Below are positions 29,411 to 40,148 of a DNA stretch of 63,957 nt, piece after piece; position 1 is the stretch's first letter, and each line of letters starts with the position of its first letter. The position numbers and the translations under genes are program-made. The stretch lies in the IMG/VR virus record IMGVR_UViG_3300028025_006013, positions 1 through 63,957 of that record; one strand, written 5' to 3'. A model generated the notes under the pieces. That model had not been told where the DNA came from and did no database searches. It was given only the letters and a program-made list of their open reading frames with translations. Source of the DNA: a virus (taxonomy: Duplodnaviria; Caudoviricetes).

Positions 29411-30775
29411 ATGGCAGCACTCCAATCAATGGAAGAGTATGGTGTACCTTTTCAAATGAAGGTAATCTCATCGCTACTCAACCACAAAGAATTCTTGCAA
29501 AACATTCACGATGTGCTCACCGAAGAACACTTCAGCAACCCTTCACACAAGTGGATAATTGGCGAAATATTAAAGTACTACAGTCGATTCCACACAACCA
29601 TATCAATGGATATGTTGAAGGTGGAAATGAAAAAACTCGACAACGAGGTGCTCAAGGTAGCCATCAAAGAACAATTGCGTGAAGCGTACAAAACAGATGT
29701 ATCTGATTTACCTTACGTGCAAGAGGAATTCAGCACATTCTGCAAAAACCAGCAACTTAAAAAAGCGCTTCTATCCAGCGTTGATTTACTTAAAGCGGGC
29801 GACTACGAGTCAATCAAATACATGATTGAATCAGCCATGAAAGCGGGACAAGACAAGAACATTGGCCACGAGTACAAACGCGACACTGAGTCGAGATACC
29901 GTGAAGACCATAGAAAAACCGTACCTACACCATGGGAACAAATCAACGAGTTGATTCAAGGTGGTATTGGCAATGGCGATTTGGGACTGATATTTGGTGG
30001 TCCTGGTGGTGGTAAATCATGGTCACTAGTTGCCATGGGAGGATTAGCGGTGAAAATGGGATACAACGTTATCCACTACACACTGGAATTAAGCGAGGCA
30101 TACACTGGTAGACGATACGATGCGTTTTTCACCGGTGTTGACGTTGACCAACTAGACAAACACAAAGAACAGGTGGAGGAAGTTACCTCGCAATTACCTG
30201 GCGAATTAATCATTCGCGAATTTGCAATGGGTAAAACAACCATATCCACACTTGAATCGCACATCAATAAAGTGAGAGAAATGGGAATCGAGCCCGATTT
30301 AATCATTATCGATTATTTAGATTTATTATCCAGTAAAAAACGAAACACGGATACTAAAGGCGAAATAGACGATATTTATACTAGCGCGAAGGGCCTTGCA
30401 CGCCAACTTAACCTACCAATTTGGTCGGTTTCGCAGGTAAACAGAGCCGGAGCAAAAGATAGCGTTATTGAAGGAGACAAAGCAGCAGGAAGTTATGCGA
30501 AAATGGCCGTAGCCGATTTATGTATGTCATTATCCAGAAAAAAAGAAGACAAAGTAAACGGTACCGGACGATTGCACATCATGAAAAACAGATATGGTGG
30601 TGATGGTATGACTTACGAAGTGGATATAAACACTAAAACCGGTAACATAGTAATCGGAGACGCATACGATGAAGAAGCAGATACCGTACCCGCTAGACAA
30701 AGTCGCAAATTTGAAGACTTCGATAACCTAGACAAGCAATTATTGAAAGAAAAATTTTTCGAATTAAACACGTAA
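29411..30775 (+). CDS. DnaB-like replicative helicase (gp41-like)
   Basis: GGPGGGKS, TLELSE, IIDYLDL, SQVNR, KNRYG motifs. Confidence 0.9.
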   Translation: MAALQSMEEYGVPFQMKVISSLLNHKEFLQNIHDVLTEEHFSNPSHKWIIGEILKYYSRFHTTISMDMLKVEMKKLDNEVLKVAIKEQLREAYKTDVSDLPYVQEEFSTFCKNQQLKKALLSSVDLLKAGDYESIKYMIESAMKAGQDKNIGHEYKRDTESRYREDHRKTVPTPWEQINELIQGGIGNGDLGLIFGGPGGGKSWSLVAMGGLAVKMGYNVIHYTLELSEAYTGRRYDAFFTGVDVDQLDKHKEQVEEVTSQLPGELIIREFAMGKTTISTLESHINKVREMGIEPDLIIIDYLDLLSSKKRNTDTKGEIDDIYTSAKGLARQLNLPIWSVSQVNRAGAKDSVIEGDKAAGSYAKMAVADLCMSLSRKKEDKVNGTGRLHIMKNRYGGDGMTYEVDINTKTGNIVIGDAYDEEADTVPARQSRKFEDFDNLDKQLLKEKFFELNT

Positions 30776-30779
30776 AACT

Positions 30780-31733
30780 ATGGCATTAACAGAACCACGC
30801 TTACATTACAAACCATTTGAATATCCACAGGCATTTGAATTCTACAAAGACCAGCATCGTGTGCATTGGCTTGCAGATGAGATTCCTTTAGCATCCGATT
30901 TATCTGACTGGAAGGGCAAATTAACCGAAAGTGAGAAAAATTTAGTGGGCAACATATTGAAATCGTTCGCTCAAACCGAAGTACACGTGAATGACTACTG
31001 GTCAACTAAAGTGTCAGCATGGTTCCCGAAGCCAGAAATTCAAGCAGCGGCTCGCGCATGTGCTGATTTCGAGTCGATACACGCTGAGAGCTACTTTCGC
31101 TTAAACGAGGAACTTGGCCTTGACAATATTGTTGAATTCATGGAGGACCCAGCTATATCAAGTAAACTTGAGCGACTAATTGAAACACCTGGAGATACAT
31201 TAGAGGAACGCGCGTTATCATTAGCTATATTTTCAGCATTCACTGAGGGTGTAAATTTATTCTCATCATTCGCTATATTGATGTCATTCCAGTTGCGTAA
31301 CTTAATGAAAGGAACTGGACAAATAGTGGAATATTCAGTACGTGACGAATCGTTACACTCCAGATTTGGGTGTTGGTTATTCAGAATATTGATCGATGAA
31401 AACCCAGAACTTGGCACACCAAAATTCACACAAGCTATATATGAAGCATGTGATATGTCTGTACAGTTGGAATTCAATTTCATCGACAAAGCATTTGAAA
31501 TGGGTGATATTGAGGGGCTATCCAAAGCACAATTGAAAAATTTCATCAAAGAACGCGCCAACCAAAAACTAATTGAGCTTGGATATAACCGTTTATACAA
31601 TGACATTGATCCAAACATGTTAAAACAAATGGAATGGTTCGGACATTTAACCAATGGTAAAAGTCACACCGATTTCTTCAGCACACGCGTTACCGACTAC
31701 TCCAAATCTACCGCAGACTGGAGCGACTTATAA
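30780..31733 (+). CDS. nrdB: Ribonucleotide reductase class I beta subunit
   Basis: ESIHAESY, TEGVNLFSSF and RDESLH iron-ligand and radical Tyr motifs. Confidence 0.95.
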   Translation: MALTEPRLHYKPFEYPQAFEFYKDQHRVHWLADEIPLASDLSDWKGKLTESEKNLVGNILKSFAQTEVHVNDYWSTKVSAWFPKPEIQAAARACADFESIHAESYFRLNEELGLDNIVEFMEDPAISSKLERLIETPGDTLEERALSLAIFSAFTEGVNLFSSFAILMSFQLRNLMKGTGQIVEYSVRDESLHSRFGCWLFRILIDENPELGTPKFTQAIYEACDMSVQLEFNFIDKAFEMGDIEGLSKAQLKNFIKERANQKLIELGYNRLYNDIDPNMLKQMEWFGHLTNGKSHTDFFSTRVTDYSKSTADWSDL

Positions 31734-31756
31734 TCAAATAAACAAAACAAACATAT

Positions 31757-33484
31757 ATGAGCAAAATAAACGTAGATACATCAAACTGGGTAAAAAATCG
31801 TGACTACCCAGCATGGCTCGACCAAATAGGTATGGCCACTATCTCACAAGGTTACCTGTTACCACACGAAAACGTATTCAAAGCATTCACACGCGTATCT
31901 AAAGCAGCGGCTCGCCGCCTTAAACGCAAAGATTTGCAACAATACTTTTACGAGGCGATGGAGAAAAATTGGCTGTGCTTAGCATCACCTGTGCTTTCAA
32001 ACATGGGTACAGAGCGCGGTATGCCTATTTCATGTTTCGGCATTGATACACACGATTCCATTGATGGTATTGCATATTCAAATGCAGAGTTAATGCGATT
32101 GGGTGCCTCCGGTGGTGGAGTTGGAATTGGTGTATCCCGCATCAGAGGACGTGGCAAAGAAATATCCGGCAACGGTGTGAGCGAGGGTGTTGTTCCATGG
32201 TGCAAAATTTACGATTCAACCATCCTAGCAACAAACCAGGGTTCCGTTAGACGTGGTGCTGCATCAGTTAACCTATCCATTAACCACCCAGATATCGAGG
32301 AATTTTTGGGTATCAGACGACCAAAAGGAGACGTAAACAGACAGTGCTTGAACTTGCACCAGTGTGTTGTAATTGACGATTCATTCATGAACCGAGTGGA
32401 GGAAAGAGATCCGCACGCAATTAAATTGTGGGGTGAAATATTGAAAACACGTTTGGAAACAGGTGAACCGTATATCATGTTCGAAGACAATGTGAACAAT
32501 GCAAACCCGGAAGCATACAAGAACTTCAACTTGAACGTGTCAATGACCAATATATGCTCTGAAATCACATTGTATACCGATGAACTTCACTCATTCATTT
32601 GCTGTTTATCGTCATTGAATTTAGCAAAATGGGACGAATGGTCAACGTATAAATTCGCAAACGGAATGGATTTACCTGAACTTGCATGTTGGTTTTTGGA
32701 GGGTGTATTGCAGGAATTCATCGACCGTTCAAAAAACGTGAAATTGCTAGAAAACACATACCGCTCCGCGGTAAAAGGTAGAGCAATTGGTATTGGCGTG
32801 TTGGGATGGCATACATTTTTGCAAGAACACAACATTCCATTTGCTGGATTGCAAGCAAATTCATACACACGTTTGATGTTCGATTTCATCGAAAAAGGTG
32901 CATTGCGCGCATCAAAAGAGCAAGCCACACTGTATGGCGAACCTGAATGGTGTAAAGGAACAGGGTTGCGCCACACGCACCATTGTGCTATAGCACCAAC
33001 TGTATCGAATGCAAACATTTCAGGTGGTGTATCGGCATCAATTGAACCAATCCCAGCAAACATATTCAATTTGAAAACAGCAAAGGGCACATTCATCAAG
33101 AAAAACCCGGTACTCGAGCGCGTGTTGGAGGCAAAAGGCTACAACATTGACAGTGTTTGGAAGCAAATCCAGGAAGACAAAGGAAGCGTACTTAACTTAC
33201 CCGACTATATATTGTCGGCGGAAGAAAAGGAGGTGTTCTTGACATTCAAAGAAATCAACCCATTCGAGATAGTTAGACAGAACGGAATCCGTCAAAAATA
33301 CGTAGATCAAGCAATATCGCTTAACCTTATGTTTGACCCAAACACACCACCAAAAGTAATTAGCGATGTGCATAAATTAGCGTGGCGTGAGGGAATCAAA
33401 TGTTTGTACTACATGCGAAGTGAGAGCTCGTTGCGTGGTGATAGTATCGCTACAGACAATGAATGTATCAGCTGTCACGCGTAG
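31757..33484 (+). CDS. nrdA: Ribonucleotide reductase class I alpha subunit (no ATP cone)
   Basis: PISCF, TNICSEI, CCLSSLN, APT, LYY and C-terminal CxxC. Confidence 0.95.
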   Translation: MSKINVDTSNWVKNRDYPAWLDQIGMATISQGYLLPHENVFKAFTRVSKAAARRLKRKDLQQYFYEAMEKNWLCLASPVLSNMGTERGMPISCFGIDTHDSIDGIAYSNAELMRLGASGGGVGIGVSRIRGRGKEISGNGVSEGVVPWCKIYDSTILATNQGSVRRGAASVNLSINHPDIEEFLGIRRPKGDVNRQCLNLHQCVVIDDSFMNRVEERDPHAIKLWGEILKTRLETGEPYIMFEDNVNNANPEAYKNFNLNVSMTNICSEITLYTDELHSFICCLSSLNLAKWDEWSTYKFANGMDLPELACWFLEGVLQEFIDRSKNVKLLENTYRSAVKGRAIGIGVLGWHTFLQEHNIPFAGLQANSYTRLMFDFIEKGALRASKEQATLYGEPEWCKGTGLRHTHHCAIAPTVSNANISGGVSASIEPIPANIFNLKTAKGTFIKKNPVLERVLEAKGYNIDSVWKQIQEDKGSVLNLPDYILSAEEKEVFLTFKEINPFEIVRQNGIRQKYVDQAISLNLMFDPNTPPKVISDVHKLAWREGIKCLYYMRSESSLRGDSIATDNECISCHA

Positions 33485-33507
33485 ACAATATGTAATGTAA
33501 AATAATT

Positions 33508-33539
33508 TAGCTATCTGGAAAACAGGTAGCTATTTTTTT
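33508..33539 (+). terminator. Rho-independent terminator
   Basis: TAGCTATCTG-GAAAA-CAGGTAGCTA followed by a T-run. Confidence 0.85.
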
Positions 33540-33587
33540 ACCTTTGCGACATATGTATTATAGTAATAACTTTAAACATTTTAACTT

Positions 33588-34307
33588 ATGAACATTTATG
33601 GACGAGTTGGTTGGAGAGCAGCTAGTAATGCACCTGCACCAGAAATCATAACCAGCGGACTTATACTTAACCTAGATGCTGGTAACGCATCATCGTATCC
33701 TGGAACGGGTACAACATGGAACGATTTATCGGGGAATGGTAGAAATGCAACATTAGCAAATGGTGTTGGATATTCATCATCAAATGGGGGGGTATTAACA
33801 TTTGACGGTATTAATGATTATGGTCAAGTACCTACATTTACATATCCTAATTCATATAGTGTTGCGGTTTGGGTTAGAATTAACTATACTAATTCAACAA
33901 ATTATGCTAGAATACTTGAAAAAGGACTTAATAATGAATTCGCATTAACAATTAATAAACCTGCACGACCAGATAGTTATGTATATCAATTGGGTGATTC
34001 TTCCGCCGCCCTTCGTTCAAATAGTGCGGTTCTTTCAAATTATACGCTATTAACAACAACTGTTGAAAATACATCAAGTAGTAATTATACTATTAAATTT
34101 TACATTAATAGTACTCTCGATAATACTACAACTTATACTATATCATTCACTAAAACAAATCCATTATACTTTGGAGGTAACCCAGCAGCATTAAACCTTA
34201 CTGCTATGTTTGGAGAAATAGGTCAAATATTCATGTACGATAAAATATTATCTCAGAGCGAAATTACACAAAACTACAACGCAGCTAAAACTAGATTCGG
34301 TCTATAA
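33588..34307 (+). CDS. LamG/concanavalin-like virion protein, cassette copy 2
   Basis: GLILNLDAGN..SYPGTGTTW.DLSG, FDG.NDY, Y.K.LS..EI.QNY motifs; shares the G.VGWR N-terminus and 5' leader with 45.. and 42268.. Confidence 0.75.
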   Translation: MNIYGRVGWRAASNAPAPEIITSGLILNLDAGNASSYPGTGTTWNDLSGNGRNATLANGVGYSSSNGGVLTFDGINDYGQVPTFTYPNSYSVAVWVRINYTNSTNYARILEKGLNNEFALTINKPARPDSYVYQLGDSSAALRSNSAVLSNYTLLTTTVENTSSSNYTIKFYINSTLDNTTTYTISFTKTNPLYFGGNPAALNLTAMFGEIGQIFMYDKILSQSEITQNYNAAKTRFGL

Positions 34308-34327
34308 CCCACTAAACTATACACATT

Positions 34328-34552
34328 ATGGAATACAATAATAACACATATATCACTATCGCCCACACAACTTGTGAAGCGTTAGGTTTGGGTGAAACAC
34401 ATCGCATGAACAAGGAACAAACAATTTGTATATTGGAGTTTGGACAAGGTGAACCAATTCCTGCAGAAATAGCAGAACATGTAATTGATACCTACACACA
34501 CCAAGAAGCACTTGAACTTGTTGCTGGTGCTGAGTGGGTATCAGAATGGTAA
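34328..34552 (+). CDS. Small partner protein of cassette copy 2
   Basis: 74 aa; same relative position as 915.. and 43119.. Confidence 0.6.
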   Translation: MEYNNNTYITIAHTTCEALGLGETHRMNKEQTICILEFGQGEPIPAEIAEHVIDTYTHQEALELVAGAEWVSEW

Positions 34553-34581
34553 TTCTAACCCAATCCCACAATTACCACAAA

Positions 34582-34611
34582 CTAGCCACCCCTCAAAAGG
34601 TGGCTTTTTTT
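34582..34611 (+). terminator. Rho-independent terminator
   Basis: AGCCACC-CCTCAAAA-GGTGGCT followed by a T-run. Confidence 0.85.
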
Positions 34612-34639
34612 CTGCATATTTATCCCCAAACCATTAACC

Positions 34640-34849
34640 ATGAAACAATTAATGAAAAACTACTGGTCACCAACACCAAAAAAATGGCGTAAACTAGGCG
34701 ATGCACTACTAGGGGCTAGCACAACCATCACTGGATTTGCCATAGCAAACGACAACCACTACATTGCGTATACAGCACTTATATGCGGTGTGTTAGGTAA
34801 AGTAATCACTAATTTATTCACTGAAACAGAACAAACCGAAAACATATGA
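34640..34849 (+). CDS. Putative holin
   Basis: 69 aa with two hydrophobic segments; ATGA overlap with the endolysin gene. Confidence 0.55.
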   Translation: MKQLMKNYWSPTPKKWRKLGDALLGASTTITGFAIANDNHYIAYTALICGVLGKVITNLFTETEQTENI

Positions 34850-35475
34850 GCCTTAAAGCACTGCAAGCAAAAATAGGCGTGTTGGCCGACGGTAATTTTG
34901 GCCCGAAAACACTTAAAGCCGCAGCCGCATACTTCAAATTCACACCTGAACGTGCCGCACATTTCTTCGGGCAAGTTGCAACTGAAACAGGCAACTTTGC
35001 AGCATTCAGCGAGAACTTAAACTATTCAGCAGATGGACTGCAACGCATATTTGGCAAATATTTCCCAGGCGACCTAGAGCAACAATACGCTAGACAACCA
35101 GAGAAAATAGCCAATCGTGTATACGGTAGCAGAATGGGCAACGGTTCGGAGGCAAGCGGGGATGGTTGGAAATACCGTGGCAGAGGTGCCATACAATTGA
35201 CAGGTAAATCAAACTACCAAACATTTGCAACGTACTTGAAAAACGCGGAAATCATGGCCAATCCAGATTTGGTTGCCACCACATACGCATTTGAATCAGC
35301 TATATTTTTCTTTGAGCGAAACAAATTGTGGCAATACACAGTGAAAGTAGACCATCCATCTATACTTAAACTATCGCGCGCAATCAATTTAGGCAACGCT
35401 AACTCAACCGCTACCCCACATGGGCTAGAGGGTCGCATCAAATTCACAGAACAATTTTATTCTTGGGTAAAATAA
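34846..35475 (+). CDS. Endolysin, glycoside hydrolase family 19
   Basis: DG.FGP.T N-terminus; AHF.GQ..ET, ENLNYS, DGWKYRGRG.IQLTGK.NY motifs. Confidence 0.9.
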   Translation: MSLKALQAKIGVLADGNFGPKTLKAAAAYFKFTPERAAHFFGQVATETGNFAAFSENLNYSADGLQRIFGKYFPGDLEQQYARQPEKIANRVYGSRMGNGSEASGDGWKYRGRGAIQLTGKSNYQTFATYLKNAEIMANPDLVATTYAFESAIFFFERNKLWQYTVKVDHPSILKLSRAINLGNANSTATPHGLEGRIKFTEQFYSWVK

Positions 35476-35482
35476 CACAACC

Positions 35483-35950
35483 ATGCAACTAAGTAAACAT
35501 CTATCATTGGCTGAAGTAACTCGCAGCGATTCAGCAAAACGCAAAGGTATATCAAACATGCCTACACCAGCGCATATTGAAAACTTCAAACTATTGGCCG
35601 AAAAGGTATTTGAACCAATGCGCGAATATTTTGGCAAACCAATCCACATTTCATCTGGCTACCGCTCAGATGCACTAAACAAAGTAGTGGGTGGCTCCAA
35701 AACATCGCAACATTGTTCAGGCGAGGCAATCGACATTGACATGGACAGTAGCGCAAGCGGTATCACCAACAAAATGATATTCGACTATATCAAAGACAAT
35801 TTAAACTTTGACCAGCTAATCTGGGAATTCGGAACAGCATCCAATCCAGACTGGGTGCATGTATCGTACGAATCAACTGGAAAACAACGCAAGCAAATAT
35901 TGCGCGCGGTGAAAAAAGGAGGAGCTACCACATACGTGCCATTTAAGTAG
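35483..35950 (+). CDS. Peptidase M15A (endolysin-like)
   Basis: ISSGYRS, SQH..GEAID, WVHVS motifs. Confidence 0.88.
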   Translation: MQLSKHLSLAEVTRSDSAKRKGISNMPTPAHIENFKLLAEKVFEPMREYFGKPIHISSGYRSDALNKVVGGSKTSQHCSGEAIDIDMDSSASGITNKMIFDYIKDNLNFDQLIWEFGTASNPDWVHVSYESTGKQRKQILRAVKKGGATTYVPFK

Positions 35951-35994
35951 AAAATAATTTGGATCTCCGCAAGGAGATCCATATATTTACACTC

Positions 35995-36990
35995 ATGAAA
36001 CAAACATACTTACCTTATCTTTTGCTGTTTTGCGCACTTGGATTGTCCGCAACAGCAGCATACTACAGTGTAGTTGGACTAGCGGTGATATTCTCCAGCG
36101 TAGCCATACCAGTTGTAATCATGGGCACATTTTTGGAAATATCCAAAATATCCATTGCCACTTACCTGCACAATTCATGGAGTAAAATATACACAGCAAT
36201 GAAAGTATATTTGGTTGTTGCTGTGGTAGTGTTATCATTCATCACCTCACTGGGTATCTATGGTTTATTGAGTGGTGGTTTCCACCAAAATATATCCAAA
36301 CTAGAGGTGGGCGAGCGTGTAATTCAAAGCGTGGAGGTGAAAAAGCAACGCTATGAGCAAATCAAGCAGGAATACCTGCAGGAAAAACACACGCTAGACA
36401 GAGACATATCTGCGCTTAGAGGCGCATTGTCAAACAAAACCACATTGTCCCATGTAGACAAAAAGACCGGCGCTGTTATCAACACAGAAAGCGCAGGTAA
36501 CCGTAAAGCATACGAGGCACAACTCAAAGAAACATCCACACAACGCGAGCAATTGTCCCGCAAAATCGAGTCACTGAACGATTCAATTACCGCACTTGAC
36601 ATGCATGTACTGGATTTGGAAAACACCGAAAATACATCGGGTGAATTGGGTGTAATCAAATACGTACATGAGTTAACCGGGTGGAGTATGAACGGGATAG
36701 CCAACACATTCATATTGCTACTCATATTTGTGTTCGATCCATTAGCAATCATGCTTGTGATTGCAACCAACCAAGCATTTGAATCCAGTAAACCAAAATA
36801 CAACATATACGGTGAGGTAAAGTCACGTGAAACATCATTTGACGAGAGCGATGAACCCGTAGCGCCCATGCCCATATACAATGTAGAGGACGTTATATAT
36901 CCCATAGCGGAAGAAAAACCGGCACGTGATGTCACTAGCGAATTGAGAAAACAGTTGTTTGGCAATGACGATACTTCCAAAACCTACTAG
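35995..36990 (+). CDS. Membrane protein with a central coiled coil
   Basis: Three N-terminal TM segments, a coiled coil, then a C-terminal TM (VFDPLA). Confidence 0.7.
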   Translation: MKQTYLPYLLLFCALGLSATAAYYSVVGLAVIFSSVAIPVVIMGTFLEISKISIATYLHNSWSKIYTAMKVYLVVAVVVLSFITSLGIYGLLSGGFHQNISKLEVGERVIQSVEVKKQRYEQIKQEYLQEKHTLDRDISALRGALSNKTTLSHVDKKTGAVINTESAGNRKAYEAQLKETSTQREQLSRKIESLNDSITALDMHVLDLENTENTSGELGVIKYVHELTGWSMNGIANTFILLLIFVFDPLAIMLVIATNQAFESSKPKYNIYGEVKSRETSFDESDEPVAPMPIYNVEDVIYPIAEEKPARDVTSELRKQLFGNDDTSKTY

Positions 36991-37074
36991 AGTTGTTGCA
37001 TACGTATAAACATAACCACACAGAGAAAAAGTGGAACGTTTTGTTTATGTAAAATGCATTAACACTATATTTAA

Positions 37075-37794
37075 ATGGAGAAAATATTTAACGCACTTGT
37101 AAACAAATTAAGCAATTTATCGCCACTATTAACATTTATTGTCATTGTTTTAGCAACAGCCATGTACTTATTCAAGGATGTAATATCCAAGAAAATACAA
37201 GACTATAAGCTACGCAAAAACTGTGACTCGACAACAGAAGACGGGCAGTACGATTTCGAAGATTTATCCTACCATGACCTGTTTAGCGTCATATTTGAGG
37301 TAAAATCCGCAATCAAACGCTACCATTTCGCAGAAGAGGATGGAGGCGAAACCAAAACACGCATCTTCCACGATTTCCTCAACATCATGTTAAACGAGAT
37401 ATTCGAAAACATGAAGCAACTAATTCAAACCATTTCGGCACAACACAAAGCAGGAGATGTATCGCGCGATGAGCTGAAACAAACCATCCGCAAATCACTA
37501 AACGTTATCGTAGACAATTATTGCATGAAAGGCGAGCACCATTTAATCGACAAAGGACTCACCAAAGCAGATGCAACATACGTTGTAGAACTATTTGAAA
37601 ATTGGAGAAGCGAAACGCGCGCATCCATTAATTCCAGAATTGACGCAATGTTTGCCAGTTCATTCCACACTACCAATTTTCAACGAACCCTAGCTGTATA
37701 CGAGTTAATCAGCGTATCGGTATCATTAATACCGAAAGACGGAATCCGCTCATTCAAGGAAATGAACGGCAAATTCAAAACCATCCAATACTAG
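37075..37794 (+). CDS. Hypothetical membrane-anchored protein
   Basis: N-terminal TM helix. Confidence 0.6.
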   Translation: MEKIFNALVNKLSNLSPLLTFIVIVLATAMYLFKDVISKKIQDYKLRKNCDSTTEDGQYDFEDLSYHDLFSVIFEVKSAIKRYHFAEEDGGETKTRIFHDFLNIMLNEIFENMKQLIQTISAQHKAGDVSRDELKQTIRKSLNVIVDNYCMKGEHHLIDKGLTKADATYVVELFENWRSETRASINSRIDAMFASSFHTTNFQRTLAVYELISVSVSLIPKDGIRSFKEMNGKFKTIQY

Positions 37795-37912
37795 TAGGGG
37801 GTATATTTAAAGTTATTTACAGCATATTTGGCTCCCTTGTGGAGCCATTTGTGTATAAAATACTTGGCTACCTCAATATTTATTCGTATATTGCGCCATA
37901 TTAATAAAGGTT

Positions 37913-38419
37913 ATGCTATACTCAACACACACCCCCGAACTAATCGACAAACACATCTCGCGTTTGCAACCACTCAACTACAACCAGTTCAGATGGTGGA
38001 GACGATTCGACACAAAATACAAACCACTACCAAAAGGCGCATCATTTTACCAGCGTATACGCAACGGTGAATTTGAATTCAGCCACTACTTTTGGCAAGC
38101 ACACCACTGCGAACACGAAATTAACCAAAAATACCTCGAGTGCCGCTCAGATATGCAAAAAATGCTGGAAAAATACGCAGTTGATTTTGCTCGCCGCAAA
38201 CGATTGTGGGAAGATTTCCACACACATGAAGCGGATATGCTGGATTCAATATGCAAAAACTTCATGCGTGAATTTGGGTTAACCAAAGAACAGTATATGC
38301 TTGAAGTAGAAACATTTGACGGTACACTAGAGGAACTGTACATTCACATCCAGAGAAAACACCCCACACTCACAACCAAAGTAGAGCGTCGCGGTAGACC
38401 AAAAAAACAAACCATATGA
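37913..38419 (+). CDS. Hypothetical protein
   Basis: ORF after a TTG-N20-TATATT promoter; C-terminal RRGRPKK (AT-hook-like). Confidence 0.6.
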   Translation: MLYSTHTPELIDKHISRLQPLNYNQFRWWRRFDTKYKPLPKGASFYQRIRNGEFEFSHYFWQAHHCEHEINQKYLECRSDMQKMLEKYAVDFARRKRLWEDFHTHEADMLDSICKNFMREFGLTKEQYMLEVETFDGTLEELYIHIQRKHPTLTTKVERRGRPKKQTI

Positions 38420-38649
38420 AATACACAACATGCCTATTGCTAGCGTTGCTCGCTAGTTGCAACTACAAACCCAAACCACGTGAAACGGTGAAGTGCGTAA
38501 TTGATTCAATCTCGTGCGATATACAGCATTCACCCATATACGCTGAACCATCATTCACGTTACATACAGATTGTAACGTAAACATTCATGTAAATCGTCA
38601 CCACACTTACAGTGTGGGCGACACTATAGTATATATTAAAACCAAGTAA
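38416..38649 (+). CDS. Putative lipoprotein
   Basis: MKYTTCLLLALLAS-C lipobox. Confidence 0.55.
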   Translation: MKYTTCLLLALLASCNYKPKPRETVKCVIDSISCDIQHSPIYAEPSFTLHTDCNVNIHVNRHHTYSVGDTIVYIKTK

Positions 38650-38651
38650 AT

Positions 38652-39170
38652 ATGAGACAATTTATTCAAGGTGTACGCAATTTAATCAAATGGTTTCCCA
38701 TCGTGTGGGCAGATCGTGACTGGGACTATTCATTTACATACCGTGCACTCCAATTCAAAATGGAGCAACAAGCAAACCACTTGAGCGAGAACACCGTATT
38801 TGTAAACTCACAAGCATATGCGGACCATGCTCGCACCATGGCTAAATTAATCGAGCATAATCTCGACAATTACTATGGAATGGAATATTTCGACTACCAC
38901 GAAGCAGATTGGGAATTCACCCCAGTAGAGGACAAACCAGGATGCACCACTTTGGATATACGCGTTATATCTGAAGATTTCGACTCGTATTTCGCAAAGT
39001 ATCCTCGCGTATACAAGCAAATACTTGCGGGTAAAATTAATACCGGGTGGGAAGTGGACATACTCGACAAAGCAAACATTGCATTCGCTATATCGCAGTA
39101 CAATGAACAACGTTGCAAACGCATATTGTATGCTATGTTGGAGAAAGACTTGGAGAAACTATGGACTTAA
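38652..39170 (+). CDS. Hypothetical phage protein
   Basis: W.P.VW.DRDWDY motif. Confidence 0.6.
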   Translation: MRQFIQGVRNLIKWFPIVWADRDWDYSFTYRALQFKMEQQANHLSENTVFVNSQAYADHARTMAKLIEHNLDNYYGMEYFDYHEADWEFTPVEDKPGCTTLDIRVISEDFDSYFAKYPRVYKQILAGKINTGWEVDILDKANIAFAISQYNEQRCKRILYAMLEKDLEKLWT

Positions 39171-39183
39171 CATATATTTAAAC

Positions 39184-39900
39184 ATGCTCAAACTTACACT
39201 AATTTCAGACACTCACGCAAAACATCACCAGTTAAACGGTGATTTACCTGGTGGCGATATACTTTTACATGCGGGCGATTTCATGACAGATGGTTATAGC
39301 CAAACCGAAGCGTGTCAATTTTTCGAATGGTTCAACAACATCAACACATACGAGCACAAAATATTCATCGCTGGTAACCATGATCGCATCATGCAAAATC
39401 ATCCACAAACCATGCGCGGTGTATTAACCGAATACAAAACCATCGACTATCTTGAAGACGAGGAGTGCGTGTTGTATTTAGATGGAGTGAATGGTGATGA
39501 GCCAGAGCAAAACATTCGCATTTACGGATCGCCATGGCAACCTGAATTCTATTCGTGGGCTTTCAACCTACCACGCAATGGTCCCGGACTAGCAAGCAAG
39601 TGGGAAGCCATACCAGCAAACACGGATATACTCATCACACACGGACCAGCGTGGGGATACAACGATACAACACAATACAGACGTGACACGCATTTGGGTT
39701 GTGAGCTATTGCGCGAGCGAATTGATGTAATCCGACCGAAAATACACTTGAGCGGTCACATTCATAGTGGAAATGGCTACTACTACGATGGACATACACA
39801 CCACTTTAACGCATCGGTTTTAAACGAGCGATACAATTACGCAAATTTGCCATTCACATTCAACTGGAACCCAATCACAAACGAAATCATTTGGATATGA
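39184..39900 (+). CDS. Calcineurin-like metallophosphoesterase
   Basis: SDTH, HAGD, AGNHD, THGP, GHIH motifs. Confidence 0.9.
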   Translation: MLKLTLISDTHAKHHQLNGDLPGGDILLHAGDFMTDGYSQTEACQFFEWFNNINTYEHKIFIAGNHDRIMQNHPQTMRGVLTEYKTIDYLEDEECVLYLDGVNGDEPEQNIRIYGSPWQPEFYSWAFNLPRNGPGLASKWEAIPANTDILITHGPAWGYNDTTQYRRDTHLGCELLRERIDVIRPKIHLSGHIHSGNGYYYDGHTHHFNASVLNERYNYANLPFTFNWNPITNEIIWI

Positions 39901-40148
39901 CCTTGGAGGAATTCAACACAAAATGGAAAAAGAACATAGTTCGGCGATTTCCGGGGCTGCAAATCGATGATCCTAGCGTAATTGAATACTGCGATAAGCG
40001 ATTTGAGCAATTGAAACAAACGTACCCTGGCTTCAAATGTTCATCCATACACAATCGGTATGGCATTGTTCGATGCAATTTCTCGAGTGCAGAGGAGGAC
40101 ATTGACTTGGAGATGAGCAACGAAATTAGCAAACTACTAAACGAATGA
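39897..40148 (+). CDS. Hypothetical protein
   Basis: ORF with ATGA overlaps on both sides. Confidence 0.55.
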   Translation: MTLEEFNTKWKKNIVRRFPGLQIDDPSVIEYCDKRFEQLKQTYPGFKCSSIHNRYGIVRCNFSSAEEDIDLEMSNEISKLLNE

